Source: Podarcis pityusensis (Eukaryota). From it: a stretch of DNA of 64,000 bases. Where the stretch lies: NCBI GenBank assembly GCA_964106645.2, contig OZ067046.1, one strand, 5' to 3'. The notes under the pieces were generated by a model, which worked only from the letters and a program-made list of their open reading frames with translations, did no database searches and was not told the DNA's origin. This document shows, piece by piece, positions 1 through 11,318 of this stretch (position 1 is the stretch's first letter; every line of letters starts with the position of its first letter). Position numbers and translations under genes: made by a program.

Positions 1-390
1 TTTCATCGTTATAACTTTTTGCCAGCAATTTATCATCTTGTTTACATTCTTATGTCCCATCTATTTATTTATAATCTTGTAGTTCTCAAAAAAGTTTATA
101 TTTTCTCATTCTCACTTTTCATCTTAAATCATCTAATTTAGTGGTGGTCAATTGTTTATGATCTAGCATCCTGCTTAACATTCACTCAAATTACAATATT
201 TTTGTAAATAAATCTTGAATTTCTTCCAGTCCTCTTCCATCCTCTCCTCTCCCAGGTCACGGATTCTGCCGGTCATCTCAGCTAGTTCCATATAGTCTAT
301 CAGTTGCATCTGCCATTCTTCCAGTGTGGGTAGATCTTGAGCTTTCCAGTGCTTTGCAAGAAGTATCCTTGCTGCTGTTGTTGCGCATAT
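1..390 (-). mobile_element. L1-clade LINE 3' fragment (ORF2 C-terminus + 3'UTR)
   Basis: Minus strand reads ATTAARILLAKHWKAQDLPTLEEWQMQLIDYMELAEMTGRIRDLGEERMEEDWKKFKIYLQKYC. Confidence 0.8.
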
Positions 391-399
391 CTAGAGTGT

Positions 400-1505
400 G
401 TGATCTTGGCAATTGGGACAGATTAGGGGTTCCACTGGTTTACTGCCCACCTTGCTGCCCAGCAGTCTCCCTGCCTGAGCCGCCAGAGCTGGTTTCGGAG
501 GTGGTGCTGAAGACTCCCAGACTGCTGGTTCTGGAAGACTTCAACACCCATGCCGAGGCAGCTGGCCCTGGGGCTGCTCAGGACTTCATGGCTGCCATGA
601 CATCCATGTGACTGTCCCAACATGTCACCAGCCCAACGCACATGGCGGGCCACACTCTGGACCTTATTTTCTCGACTGGGCAGGAATAGGGTGATTTGAA
701 GGTGGGGGACATTGGCATCAGTCCCTTGCCGTGGTCAGATCATTCCTGTTGAGATTTAGGCTGTCAGACCTTTTCCTTTCCGCAGAGGCGGGGGACCTAT
801 TAGGAAGGTCCACCCTCGGAGTCTGATGGATCCAGTGGGATTCCAAATGGCTCTGGGGGGTTTTCTGACTGATATGGCTGGCGCCCCTGTTGAAACCCTA
901 GCTGACCTCTGGAACACCCAAATGACTCGGGCTATTGACATGATCGCCCCTAAGCGGCCAGGTTGCTCACTGGAGAAAGACAGTTTGAGTGTATTACACT
1001 GATCCTGGCCCAACTGCACTGGCTGCCAATTAGTTTCTGGGCCCAATTCAAAGTGCTGGTTTTGACCTATAAAGCCTTAAATGGCTCAGGATCGCAATAC
1101 CTCAAGGACCACCTCGTTCCATATGAACCTACCCGGACCCTGAGATCATCTTCTGAGGCCCTCCTTTGTGTGCCTCCTCCTCGAGAAGGCCGGAGGGTGG
1201 CAACACGAGAACAGGGCCTTCTCTGCAGTGGCTCCCCATCTTTGGAATGCTCTCCCCAGGCAGGAAGTTCGCCTGGCACCTTCATTATCCACCTTAGGCG
1301 CAAGGCAAAAATGTTCCTTTTTAACCAGGCCTTTGGTTGACCTGATCAACATCCCATACCCTTTTAAAATGTGGCTCTTTGGGGGGGGGTATTATTGGGC
1401 TATTGCTGTTATTTTTATTATATATATTGTGGTTTTTATGTAGGCCTTTTCTGTGAACCACCCTGAGACCTCCGGGAATAGGGCAGTATATAAATTCAAT
1501 AAATA
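400..1505 (+). mobile_element. L2-clade LINE remnant: APE endonuclease piece joined to ORF2 3' end
   Basis: LVYCPPCC..LLVLEDFNTH..THMAGHTLDL..WSDH (endonuclease), then from ~963 QLHWLPISFWAQFKVLVLTYKALNG (ORF2 C-terminus) and an A/T-rich tail; RT domain absent. Confidence 0.8.
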
Positions 1506-2016
1506 GACACAAGATTTACCCACTCTGGAAGAATGGCAGATGAAGGTGATTGACTATATGGAATTGGCAGAAATGACTGGCAGAATCCGAGACCAGGGAG
1601 AAGAGTCGGTGAAAGAGGACTGGAAGAAATTTAAAGACTATTTACAGAAATATTGTAAAATTAATGAATTTTAGAAGGATGTTGGATAGAAACTAAGTGG
1701 TTTCCAGCTGTAATGCTTTAAGAGATATGAAAAAAAAGGTTCACAAATGGGTAAAAGTTTAATGGTAAGGATTTGCTGAACTAACAAATTGAACTGGAAG
1801 ACAAAAAAGGAAGGTACGAGGAGGTCCGGGGAAATAAGTGTAAGGAGGATATGTTAGGGAAAATTAATGTGTTTTTAATTGTTTTTATTTTGTATGTTCC
1901 TTTTTATTTTTCATGTATTCTTTTTTCTGTATTTTGTATTTTCTTGTATTTTTACTTTTTGTTTTTGTGTAATTCTTGTATTCTTTGAAATTTTAATAAA
2001 TATCATTTAAAAAAAA
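1506..2016 (+). mobile_element. 5'-truncated L1 with poly(A) and 18-bp TSD
   Basis: TQDLPTLEEWQMKVIDYMELAEMTGRIRDQGEESVKEDWKKFKDYLQKYC; AATAAA 1995-2000; A-tail; TSD ATATAAATTCAATAAATA at 1488-1505 and 2017-2034. Confidence 0.88.
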
Positions 2017-2907
2017 ATATAAATTCAATAAATAATAATAATAAAAGTCACCTTCCTATTTCTGTCATTTGCAGAAGTAATAGGATACAATTTGGCAGCA
2101 TTGTGGTGTCCACCGAACCTTTATTTCTTGCCACTCTTTTAAAGTGAAGGGCAAGGATTTCCTCCTCTCAGTTGCCCTGGATTGCAGACCAATCGCTTCT
2201 TCCCATACAAGCCATTGAGAACTAAGACAGGATCTTATTTGCATTTGCCTTGCCTGATGTTCTGCATAGCCCCATGCCGGTTCCAGTTGCTGATTGCCCA
2301 AACGTGGTGGAACTTCTGAGTGCCATTTATGTGTCAGAAATGTCACCTTTAAATATGACCCTGATCATCTGGGGTTCAGAGCTCTGACTCTGAAGTGAAC
2401 TCTGCAGTTCTGATGCTTTTGGAAGTGCTGGCGACTGACCTCCTGCAATAAAAAATGAGCCCCACTGTGTGAGCTTTTCAGCACTTGCGGGGATCTGCTG
2501 CCTCCTTGTGACAAAGATGTAAAGGGTTCTTTTTGGAAGCGTTGAAGAAGAAAGCTGCTCAGTATATTCCACTGATATCTTCCCAAATGGATTTTTTTAA
2601 AAAAGGGAAAGAAGATAGTTGTAGCAAAAGAGTTAGAGGAGGGTGACACTTCAGCGAAGTCTTTTGACAGGCTCTTGTTAAACTCAGCAGGGTTTGGCTG
2701 AAGTGTTAAGGGGCTGCTGAATTTTTCACACAGACGGGACAGCCTCAGCCATTGGACAAATATCTGATGTGGGTTATGGTCTGTCTAGCGAGGAGTGTGA
2801 GCTCCTGTAAGCCTCCAAGAGCATCTGGTTTGGCTGCACAAGTCCTTTCTGCTCCCAACTTCTGCCTCTGAATTTAGAAATGGTGAAAAGGGATTGGGAC
2901 TGAGGAC

Positions 2908-2982
2908 ATAGAATCATAGAGTTGGAATAGACCACAAGGGCCATTGAGTCCAACCCCCTGCCAAGCAGGAAACACCATCAGA
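2908..2982 (-). mobile_element. CR1 LINE extreme 3' end
   Basis: Reverse complement of the CR1 tail at 43375-43449 (catagaatcatagagttgg...ccctgccaagcaggaaacaccatcaga). Confidence 0.8.
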
Positions 2983-4384
2983 CATGAGCAGAGACACCAT
3001 GGGGTTTTGTTTTAGAGAGAGAAACAAAGTTGGTTCTTTGTTCAGGAGGCTTTGATGGGCCGGGATGTTGCATAGCAGAATTCCATTCTCTTGTTTTGGT
3101 CTACATTTTATTTTTTGATATTTTCTTTTTGATCGGACAAGAATTCACCTTGCAAAAGAACTTACTTTTGGACAAATATGCCCCAAACATCAAGACTAGG
3201 CGGGGAGGAGTATTAAATAACTTGCATACAACCGCTGCAGGTCTCTCTTTGTATTTTCTGTCTGCTGAATAGATTGTGTCTGTGAAATAGGAAGATTTTA
3301 AATGATACTTTATTAATGGACTTGGCATTTGCTTTGGTAAATCATCAGATAATATTTGGGCAAGTAATTTTCTGCCTTTGTTCCAGGTTGTAAACTGGAG
3401 CAAGTAGCAGCCACCTATCTAACTGTAGGGCATGCTGCTTTGAAGGTTATTGAGATAATGGGGAAAGAATGTTTGCTGGCTCTGGGTTGGCAAGTTGCTA
3501 TAATTAATTGGATCAAAAACAATTACAGAAAGATCTGGATAAAAGTAATGACATATGAAAGCTATTAGATCACCCTTTTCCTTTGTCATAACAGATGTAG
3601 AAAAATAATTGAGTACTCTTACAAAACGATTGTGAAACTGGAGAGCCCCATGGGTGGAGTGTTAGATTTGGCTTGGGTTCAAATCCCAACTCAGTTATGG
3701 AATCATTAGCTGGCTTTCGGTACATCATTCAGCCTCACTTTCCCATCTGAAAAATGGGATAACGGTGACCTCCCTTGCTTGTTTTTATGAGGATTAATGA
3801 TAACATTTGGCTAGAATCTACTCTGTGCCTTAGGGAGAGAGTAGGCCTATAAATCTCAGCCAGTGAATAAATCAATATGAACAGGGTTCATTTTCTAGTT
3901 CACTTGGTCTTATAAATAAGACGTTACCTGCGATTAGAAAGGAAACAGAACAAACATTCCTTATTTAAAATCCCTTTTGCATGTTTTCACACATTGCCGT
4001 TCCGTTTCCCTTGCTGGGTCACAGTGAGATTTGCATTAGCAGGGCCTTCTGTCATCACCGTTGAGTGATAACTTGATTGAATTATGTTGACGTTCTCAAG
4101 TGTGAAGGCAGGTGATATGGTCTCATTCTGGCTTTGTCATTCACCCTTCGCAGCGGCACATCTTGCTCCCCCCCCGCCCGCCCAAATGCCTGCTGCGCAC
4201 CACCTTACAAGACAGAGACATGAATCTTAATGTTGCCAAGCACTTTATGTGCCATTAGTATCTGTTGACAGAAGTTCATGAGAGTGCAATGCTATTTTTG
4301 TTGGTCTAGCTGTCGAATTCTCCTGCATCTCAAATCGAAAGGAAATAAGTGTTGTTGTTGTTTTTCCTGTTTCCTCCATTTCAG

Positions 4385-4463
4385 CTGTTTCTTGTCTCTG
4401 CTCCTTGTGGCCGCCGTGGTTTGGAAGATTAAGCAGAGCTGCTGGGCGTCGCGGCGGAGAGAG
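4385..4463 (+). CDS. ATRN: Attractin coding exon: second half of transmembrane helix and juxtamembrane basic stretch
   Basis: Polypyrimidine tract + AG (4383-4384), GT donor at 4464; 79 nt (1 nt + 26 codons) reading (S)CFLSLLLVAAVVWKIKQSCWASRRRE, recognised as ATRN (ATRNL1 has QTCW). Confidence 0.97.
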
Positions 4464-6291
4464 GTGGGTCAAAATGACAGAATCACTGCCTTCTTGCTAC
4501 GACCTGTGAGCTTTTGTGTCTGCTTCTTGCATGCGTTCTCCTGAGAGTTGCCAAGCACACAATTGAACCAGAAGCCTTGCTTACTGACCGAGGGCTCTTG
4601 TAATTCCATTGTGCTGGAGAAGGCAGTAGAGAGGCATCTGTCTCCTTTTGAGTTAGCTTGATGGGAGGCAGAAATGGCGTGAGATGCACATTGCTTTTGC
4701 AAAAGCCCTGCTGCAAATGTAAAAAAAAAAAGAGAGAGGGTCTGGCCCTTCTCCTCTTCCTCCTAGTTCCCTGGCAAAATGTGGGGTGTGTGTGGAAGAG
4801 ACCAGATATTGTTTCATCTTGTTTCATCCTGCACTGCAGGGGGTTGGACTAGATGACCCCTGGATTCCCTTCCAATTCTATGATTCTGTGTGCAGGATTT
4901 TTGGGCAGCCAGGAAGCAGCATGGTTCCCCTCTCTGCTTCCCCAAGCCAGCATTAATGCACCACACTCTGTGGCAAGCTGCCCTTTCGCCTCACCTGGAA
5001 GCTCCATTTGGTGCAGAATGCAATGGCTAGACTACTGATGGGAGCAGAGGTCCAGCAACTTGCTAAAACATCTGCGCTGGCTGCTCATGTGCTAATGGGC
5101 CTGGCTGAAGGTTATTGCACTGATATACATAGCCCTGAACAACTTGGACCCAGTATACTTTTACGGACCACCTGAACCCTTACCTGAGACCTTATAATCC
5201 CATATTAATCCCTGAAATCATTTGGAGGAGAACAGATGTTCCACATGTTACAGAACCCTCATTGGCCTCAACTGGAGGTTAGGTCCTGCTGTGAAATACA
5301 TGTCCAATAGATATTTAGTAGCCACCCTCGCTTTTGACTTTCAAATGTCTCCTGAACACTTTTTCTTCTTCTCAATGTGACAGCCCGTCTCTTCTGTTGT
5401 TATTTGCTTTGTTCTTGATGGTGCTTTGCGCCTTGTCATTCTTCACCACCCCGATCTTTTATGATGTGCTAATATTTAGAAATACTGAAAATACAGATCC
5501 TTGCCTCCCCTGAGGTCCCTCAGAAAGTAAGACGGAGCCCTGCCCCTCCCAGGGCTCTGTGCATGCCAGAAGACTTCAGGGTAAGTTTATTCAGCAGACC
5601 CACTGAAATTGATGAACATGTCTTAGTTAGGCCCAGTTATTTCAGTGGGTCTGCTGTAAGTAAAAATTAGCTGAATGCCACCAAGAGATTCAAATAAGAG
5701 GCAAGAGGAGTAGTGGTTTCTCATAAAGAATGTTAATAATGGTATTTCAGCAGTGAGGCAAGCAATACAATTGTTATAGGCCCAAGAGATGTCATTTTGT
5801 TTTCCGTAAGTAGTTTGAAAAGGCCCACGCATACACCTTATTGAGCAAACTATTCTTTCCTGAGCTTGACTACCTTTCCCTATCTAGTCCATCTAACATA
5901 TATTGACATGAGCAGTGACATTTACTCTGGAGCTTGAGTGTTTAAAATGCGCAAGTCCTTCTTGCACGGACATATATTTCCTCCTAGCAGTTGTACATTT
6001 GTGTGCTTATGTCATCTGCTCTGTCCTGCTCAAAAGGCTTGCATGCAACCATGCCCATCCTTAATCAGGAACCTAACTTTGAAAAGTCAGAGACCTCAAC
6101 AGGTTTGTGCCCATTCTTTGGGTATTTTTAAGTATAGTATGGAGGACTTAATTGTGAAATAAATTGGCTGAATTTGACAGTGTCAACCTATACCTTACAT
6201 GTTCCTATTCAAAACACTTTGGCCAAACGGTGGGAAGGAAGGTTGCAAACATTTTTAGATTACCCGTTATCGTGAATGGGCAACACAGAGG

Positions 6292-6299
<8 letters not shown>

Positions 6300-6331
<32 letters not shown>
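6300..6331. repeat. (GA)n microsatellite
   Basis: Seen directly. Confidence 0.95.
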
Positions 6332-6332
<1 letters not shown>

Positions 6333-7744
6333 GATAAACAGACATACAAAGCAGAATTTAAAGTTGAGACGGGCCCTTACTATACCACATCCAGAGGCAG
6401 AATACCCCTGAATAGTTGCACTTGCTAGGGGGCCAACAGAGGACAAGTGCTATAGCATTCAAGGCCTGTTTGTGGGTTTCTCAGAGGCATCCTATGGACC
6501 ACTGTGGGAAATGGGAGGATGGGCCAGATAGGTTTTTGGTCTGATTCAGCAGGGCACCAGCAGCAGGAGACAGACTTTGGGGATAAATGGCCATTGTTTT
6601 TCTCTTTCCCATCTTGACAAGAGTATAAAAAGCAAAGTGAAGGCTTCCTGGAGTTTTTCCTAAATAAAATGTTAATCAGGGTTTATGTTGGATGTAGTCT
6701 GAGAAATACCACATTCTGCCTGGAGCCAAGTGAGGCATTTAATGATGGCTTAAATGGAAAATGTCACTGGTGTGAAGTTATCCTCTGGGCATACTTTTTT
6801 TTTTGAAAGTTGCAGAGAGGATCAGCTGGTATCTTATCTTTCTCACAGTTAGGTTTCTCATACTTGGTTTGCACGCTTTAATTTCAAGTGATAGACAACT
6901 TGTCTGATTTCTAACAAACTGTCCTAAAACTTTATACTGAAGGGATCCTCATAACTTAATAGTGTTGAAGAGTTGCTGTCCAGTGGCAACTTCTTTCTGA
7001 CCCGAGTTGTGTATCAGGTCACCTGCTGTCCCTGCTCAACCCCAAAATGATGACTGAGGTCATAACCGCTTCTATGGCTGAATTCAGTTAATTCCTTTCC
7101 CATCTCCCTGCCTATTGAGATCAAGCAGACTTCACTGTACTCTTTTTGGTGCCTGGCAAAAACATTCCTATTTAGATAAGCCTACCCAGATGCTTAGAAA
7201 GTATTTTATATTTTGTAGGTTTTAAAGCATGTTTGTGAATTTTTCTCAGTTTTATTATTTTATCTTTTTTCAATCCGCTTTGAGGTTTGTTTTTTGCAAT
7301 CAAGCGGAGTAGAAATTTTGTGTAGTAAATAACAAGTAAATCTAAGAAGCCCCCTATATTGTTGCTGGTATGCTAGGAGAGGGATACATATATGGAAGAT
7401 AGGTCAGTGACCCATTTGGGGTCCCTATGACCTAGAAGGGAAAGTAGAAGTTCACTTTTGCTGGTTTTGGAAGCAACAGAGATTGCCCAGGACTCTGGAG
7501 TATTGAAGGACTGTGTGATAGGAATGTTGAGTAAGGTTGTTGAGGCTCGTGCTATTTCTAACAGCTTGAAGAATACTGCAGAAAAATATAGAATGTTATG
7601 CTTTTTTGTGGGGGGGGGATATTGTTAAAACATTATTTATAGTTGCAATAACTTCTTGTACCTGGCCAGTAGAACATGATGCAAAACACTGAAAGCAGAA
7701 GATTTTGCTCACTCTCAGGTGAGCTGGGACAACTCCATCTGCAG

Positions 7745-7856
7745 ATCATGGGGCTCTTAATCTGAAGGTTGTGGGTTCGAGCCCCACACTGGGCAAAAGA
7801 TTCCTGTATTGCAGGGGGTTGGACTAGATGACACTTGTGGTCCCTGCCAACTCTGT
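7745..7856 (+). mobile_element. tRNA-Lys-derived SINE with CR1 3' tail (decayed)
   Basis: ctcttaatctgaaggttgtgggttcgagccccacactgggca followed by CR1 tail gcagggggttggactagatga; same family as 23067-23212. Confidence 0.7.
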
Positions 7857-7995
7857 GGCGACCAGTGTTATGACCATGTCATCCTGCTTTCCTTCTCTGA
7901 TGCAGAGGACTCTAGCTGTGGTCCTAGCAGGGCCACAGTCTCCCATGTTCTTCAGGAATCCGCAAGTGCTTAAGCAGCCGGGGTCCCTTTAAAGT

Positions 7996-8135
7996 CTATC
8001 CTTTCTCAACCTGTGGGTCCCCAGATGTTGTTGAACTACAACTCCCCATCACCCCTAGCTAGCAAGGCCAGAGCTCAGGGATGATGGGAGTTGTAGTCCT
8101 ACAACACCTGGGGACCCACAGGTTGAGAACAGCTG
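7996..8135. mobile_element. Palindromic hAT-type MITE
   Basis: ttctcaacctgtgggtccccag ... ctggggacccacaggttgagaa inverted arms with internal actacaactccc/gggagttgtagt. Confidence 0.75.
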
Positions 8136-8227
8136 CAAAAAGCTTCTCACACTCTTGACACGGAAGGTGGAGCTAGCAACTGAGAAAGAACTGCAGCTCC
8201 TATTTAAGGCTCACTCAGAAGATGACT

Positions 8228-8486
8228 CAGATTGTGAAGCTGAGGCGCCAATACTTTGGCCACCTCATGAGAAGAGAAGACTCCCTGGAAAAGAGCCTGA
8301 TGTTGGGAAAGATGGAGGGCACAAGAAGAAGGGGACGACAAAGGATGAGATGGTTGGACAGTGTTCTCAAAGCTACGAACATGAGTTTGACCAAACTGCG
8401 GGAGGCAGTGGAAGACAGGAGTGCCTGGTGTGCTTTGGTCCATGGGGTCACAAAGAGTCGGACACGACTAAATGACTAAACAACAG
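8228..8486 (+). mobile_element. BovB (RTE clade) LINE 3' fragment with 12-bp TSD
   Basis: KLRRQYFGHLMRREDSLEKSLMLGKMEGTRRRGRQRMRWLD..HGVTKSRTRL, tail gactaaacaac; TSD CAGAAGATGACT at 8216-8227 and 8487-8498. Confidence 0.92.
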
Positions 8487-10282
8487 CAGAAGATGACTGC
8501 TGCTGAAGCAACATCTAAGCTCTGCTCTTAATGGAGTCTCCAGCCTGAGTCCTGCAGGGAGCTCTCCAAGGTGCCATTAAAATCCATTCCCCATTTCCAT
8601 ACTACTCAGGCCATTGCTCAAAAGAGAACAACCAAGAGCATCTGCCCAATGAGTGTAAAGCACATTTGTTTCGATGTTTCCTCCACAAATTAAAAACCAA
8701 GCCAATCCTGAAACCTAATATATCCAATGTAACTCTCTACTTAACCTAGCCCGGATACGGTGGTGATGAGGAGCATTTATTCATAACTGAGTGAGAGTAG
8801 GATATTGTAAAGCATTTGGCAGGGGTTTAGACCTATCAGTATATTATCTGAAGTAACATTTGGGCAACTTGGCAAGGCGGCATTAGAGTCTGCATGACAC
8901 TGATCTACTAAAGGGAAGTGAGTGGTTCGTAAATTCGTACCCTTTTCTCTCTCTCCACTGAGCACCGTAACGAAATGGCTTTCAGGCGCTGTATTTTGCT
9001 GGTGGAGGAAATGGAAACAAGAAAGAATGCTTGTTCGAGGCTCGGAATGATACTGAAAGACAGATAAAATTGCTCCTTTTATTACATGACTTTTGGAAAG
9101 TGATAGGAAACATGAAGGCGGTGGTGGAGAATAATGCTTGAAATAAAACCGCAATGGCATCATAAAGAGTACATCTGTCTACAACCAAGTCTTAATATGT
9201 ATTTTTTGCTCCCTTTCAGCCTCCTTTCCCTTTTTTTACATGCCTTTGGGATTCCTGTAGTCAAGCTGTGAGCCACAATCCAAGGCTTAAACCTCGGATT
9301 GTGAATCAGCTTGGGCAGGGTACGATGGAGGGCGTTTATCCAAGTCTCAATAGATAGTCTGAAAAGAGAGTGATTTGCTTTCATTCATTTTAAATATTTA
9401 TCTGCCACCTTCCAATTAATAATCTAAAATGGTTTATGAGTAAAAATTGACACAACTGAAACATATACTGAAATATATCTATATATCTCTGAGATTTGGC
9501 ACTTTCCCTTTTTTCTGGGTTATGTTTGAGAGAAAAGGCTAAATATAGTGTTTGTTTTAATTATGGCACTAATGTCCATTATTGCTTGGTTTCAGATGCA
9601 ACATTTAGGAACTTACAATGCTAACATTCAATACCAGCAGGTGTCATGGTCCATGATTTCTGTCTTGGTTCAGACTTTAATCCAAGTCAGAAAGAAACTT
9701 TGGTAGCAAGGAAGGTTAAGAACCATTATTAGCCCTGCTGTCTTACTTTCCCCTTCAAAATGAAGCTTCCTCTTTGGTGGCCCCAGGTTATGTAGTGAGA
9801 TGTGTCTTTATACCATCCATTGCGTGCTTTTTGACAGCTGGCCAAGACGCACCATTTTACTGAACCCTTTGCTTGAGTGGCTGTCTTTCCCTTTCCTGCA
9901 TTTCTGTTCTGTGCTGCTGTTTTGGTTGTTTGCTGTTGGTTCTCTGGTTTTATCTTACGATTTTAATGTAAGTTGCACTGGTTCCAATTGTGACATTTTT
10001 GTAACCCTTCCCCAGGACCATTTGCTGAAGTCAAATAGTCAATATGCTAAATATGGGGAACTTGAGGCAACTACTGAAAAGAGGATCCCTGCACCTGGTT
10101 GTTCTCCTTGTAGCCTGTAATGTCAACACTCACAGTCCCTCTGCCCCCATGAGCAGCAGCTTCTCATGCTTGTGCAGTGGAGAAACCCGCACGGTGATGT
10201 CATCATGCCACATTGTGAAGTCAGTGTGGTGGTTCAGGTTTTGGACTGTGACTTGGGAGACCAGGGTTCAAATATAATAATA

Positions 10283-10881
10283 CAGTGGACGCTCGGGTTG
10301 CGAACGTGATCCATGCTGGATGCATGTTCACAACCCGCAGCAGTGCGTCTGCTTATGCACGGGTTGCGACTCGGCACTTCTGTGCATGTGCAAAGCGTGA
10401 TTTAGCACTTCTGCGCATGCACAACCGACGAAACCCGGACGTAACCTGTTCCGGTACTTCCGGGTTTTGGCAGGTCTGTAACCTGAAAAAGGGACGCGGG
10501 TGGCGCTGTGGGTTAAACCACAGAGCCTAGGACTTGCCGATCAGAAGGTTGGTGGTTTGAATTCCCGTGACGGGGTGAGCTTCCGTTGCTCAGTCCCTGC
10601 TCCTGCCAACCTAGCAGTTCAAAAGCACATCAAAGTGCAAGTAGATAAATAGATACCGCTCCGGTGGGAAGGTAAATGGCGTTTCCATGCGCTGCTCTGG
10701 TTCGCCAGAAGCGGCTTAGTCATGCTGGCCACATGACCCGGAAGCTGTACGCCGGCTCCCTCGGCCAATAAAGCGAGATGAGCGCCGCAACCCCAGAGTC
10801 GGTCACAACTGGACCGGGTTCCCTTTACCTTTTAACCTGAAAAAATGCAACCTGAAGCGTCTGTAACCCGAGGTATGACTG
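10283..10881. mobile_element. Tc1/mariner (Tigger-like) MITE interrupted by a Sauria SINE
   Basis: TA|CAGTGGACGCTCGGGTT ... AACCCGAGGTATGACTG|TA, imperfect TIRs and TA duplication. Confidence 0.8.
10491..10832 (+). mobile_element. Sauria SINE (Squam1), full length
   Basis: gggacgcgggtggcgctgtgggttaaacc head, ACCTTT tail; TSD TAACCTGAAAAA at 10479-10490 and 10833-10844. Confidence 0.93.
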
Positions 10882-10883
10882 TA

Positions 10884-11318
10884 ACAACAACAACAACTTA
10901 TTATTTATACCCCGGCCACCTGGCTGGGTTTCCCCAGCCAACCTGGGCGGCTCCCAACAGAATATTAAAAACACAATACAGCATTCAACATTAAAAACTT
11001 CCCTAAGCAGGGCCACCTTCAGTTGTCTTTTAAAAGTAAAATAGTTGCTTATTGCCTTAACATCTGATGGGAGGGTGTTCCACAGGACGGGCACCACTAC
11101 CGAGAAGGCCCTCTGCCTGGTTCCCTGTAACCTCACTTCTCGCAGCGATGGAACCACCAGAAGGCCCTCGGCGCTGCACCTCAGTGTCCGGGCTGAACGA
11201 TGGGGGTGGAGACACTCCTTCAGGTATACAAGACTGAGGCCGTTTAGGGCTTTAAAGGTCAGCACCAACACTCTGAGTTGTGCTTACTGGGTTGTGCATA
11301 CTGGGAGCCAATGAAGGT
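10884..11318 (-). mobile_element. L2-clade LINE 3' fragment
   Basis: Minus ORF VLTFKALNGL..TRQRAFSVVVPVLWNTLP; simple-repeat tail. Confidence 0.88.

Noticed and set aside
7866-8858. Possible solo LTR (TG...CA) hosting the BovB and a MITE
   Set aside because: No matching TSD and no consistent TATA/poly(A) order.
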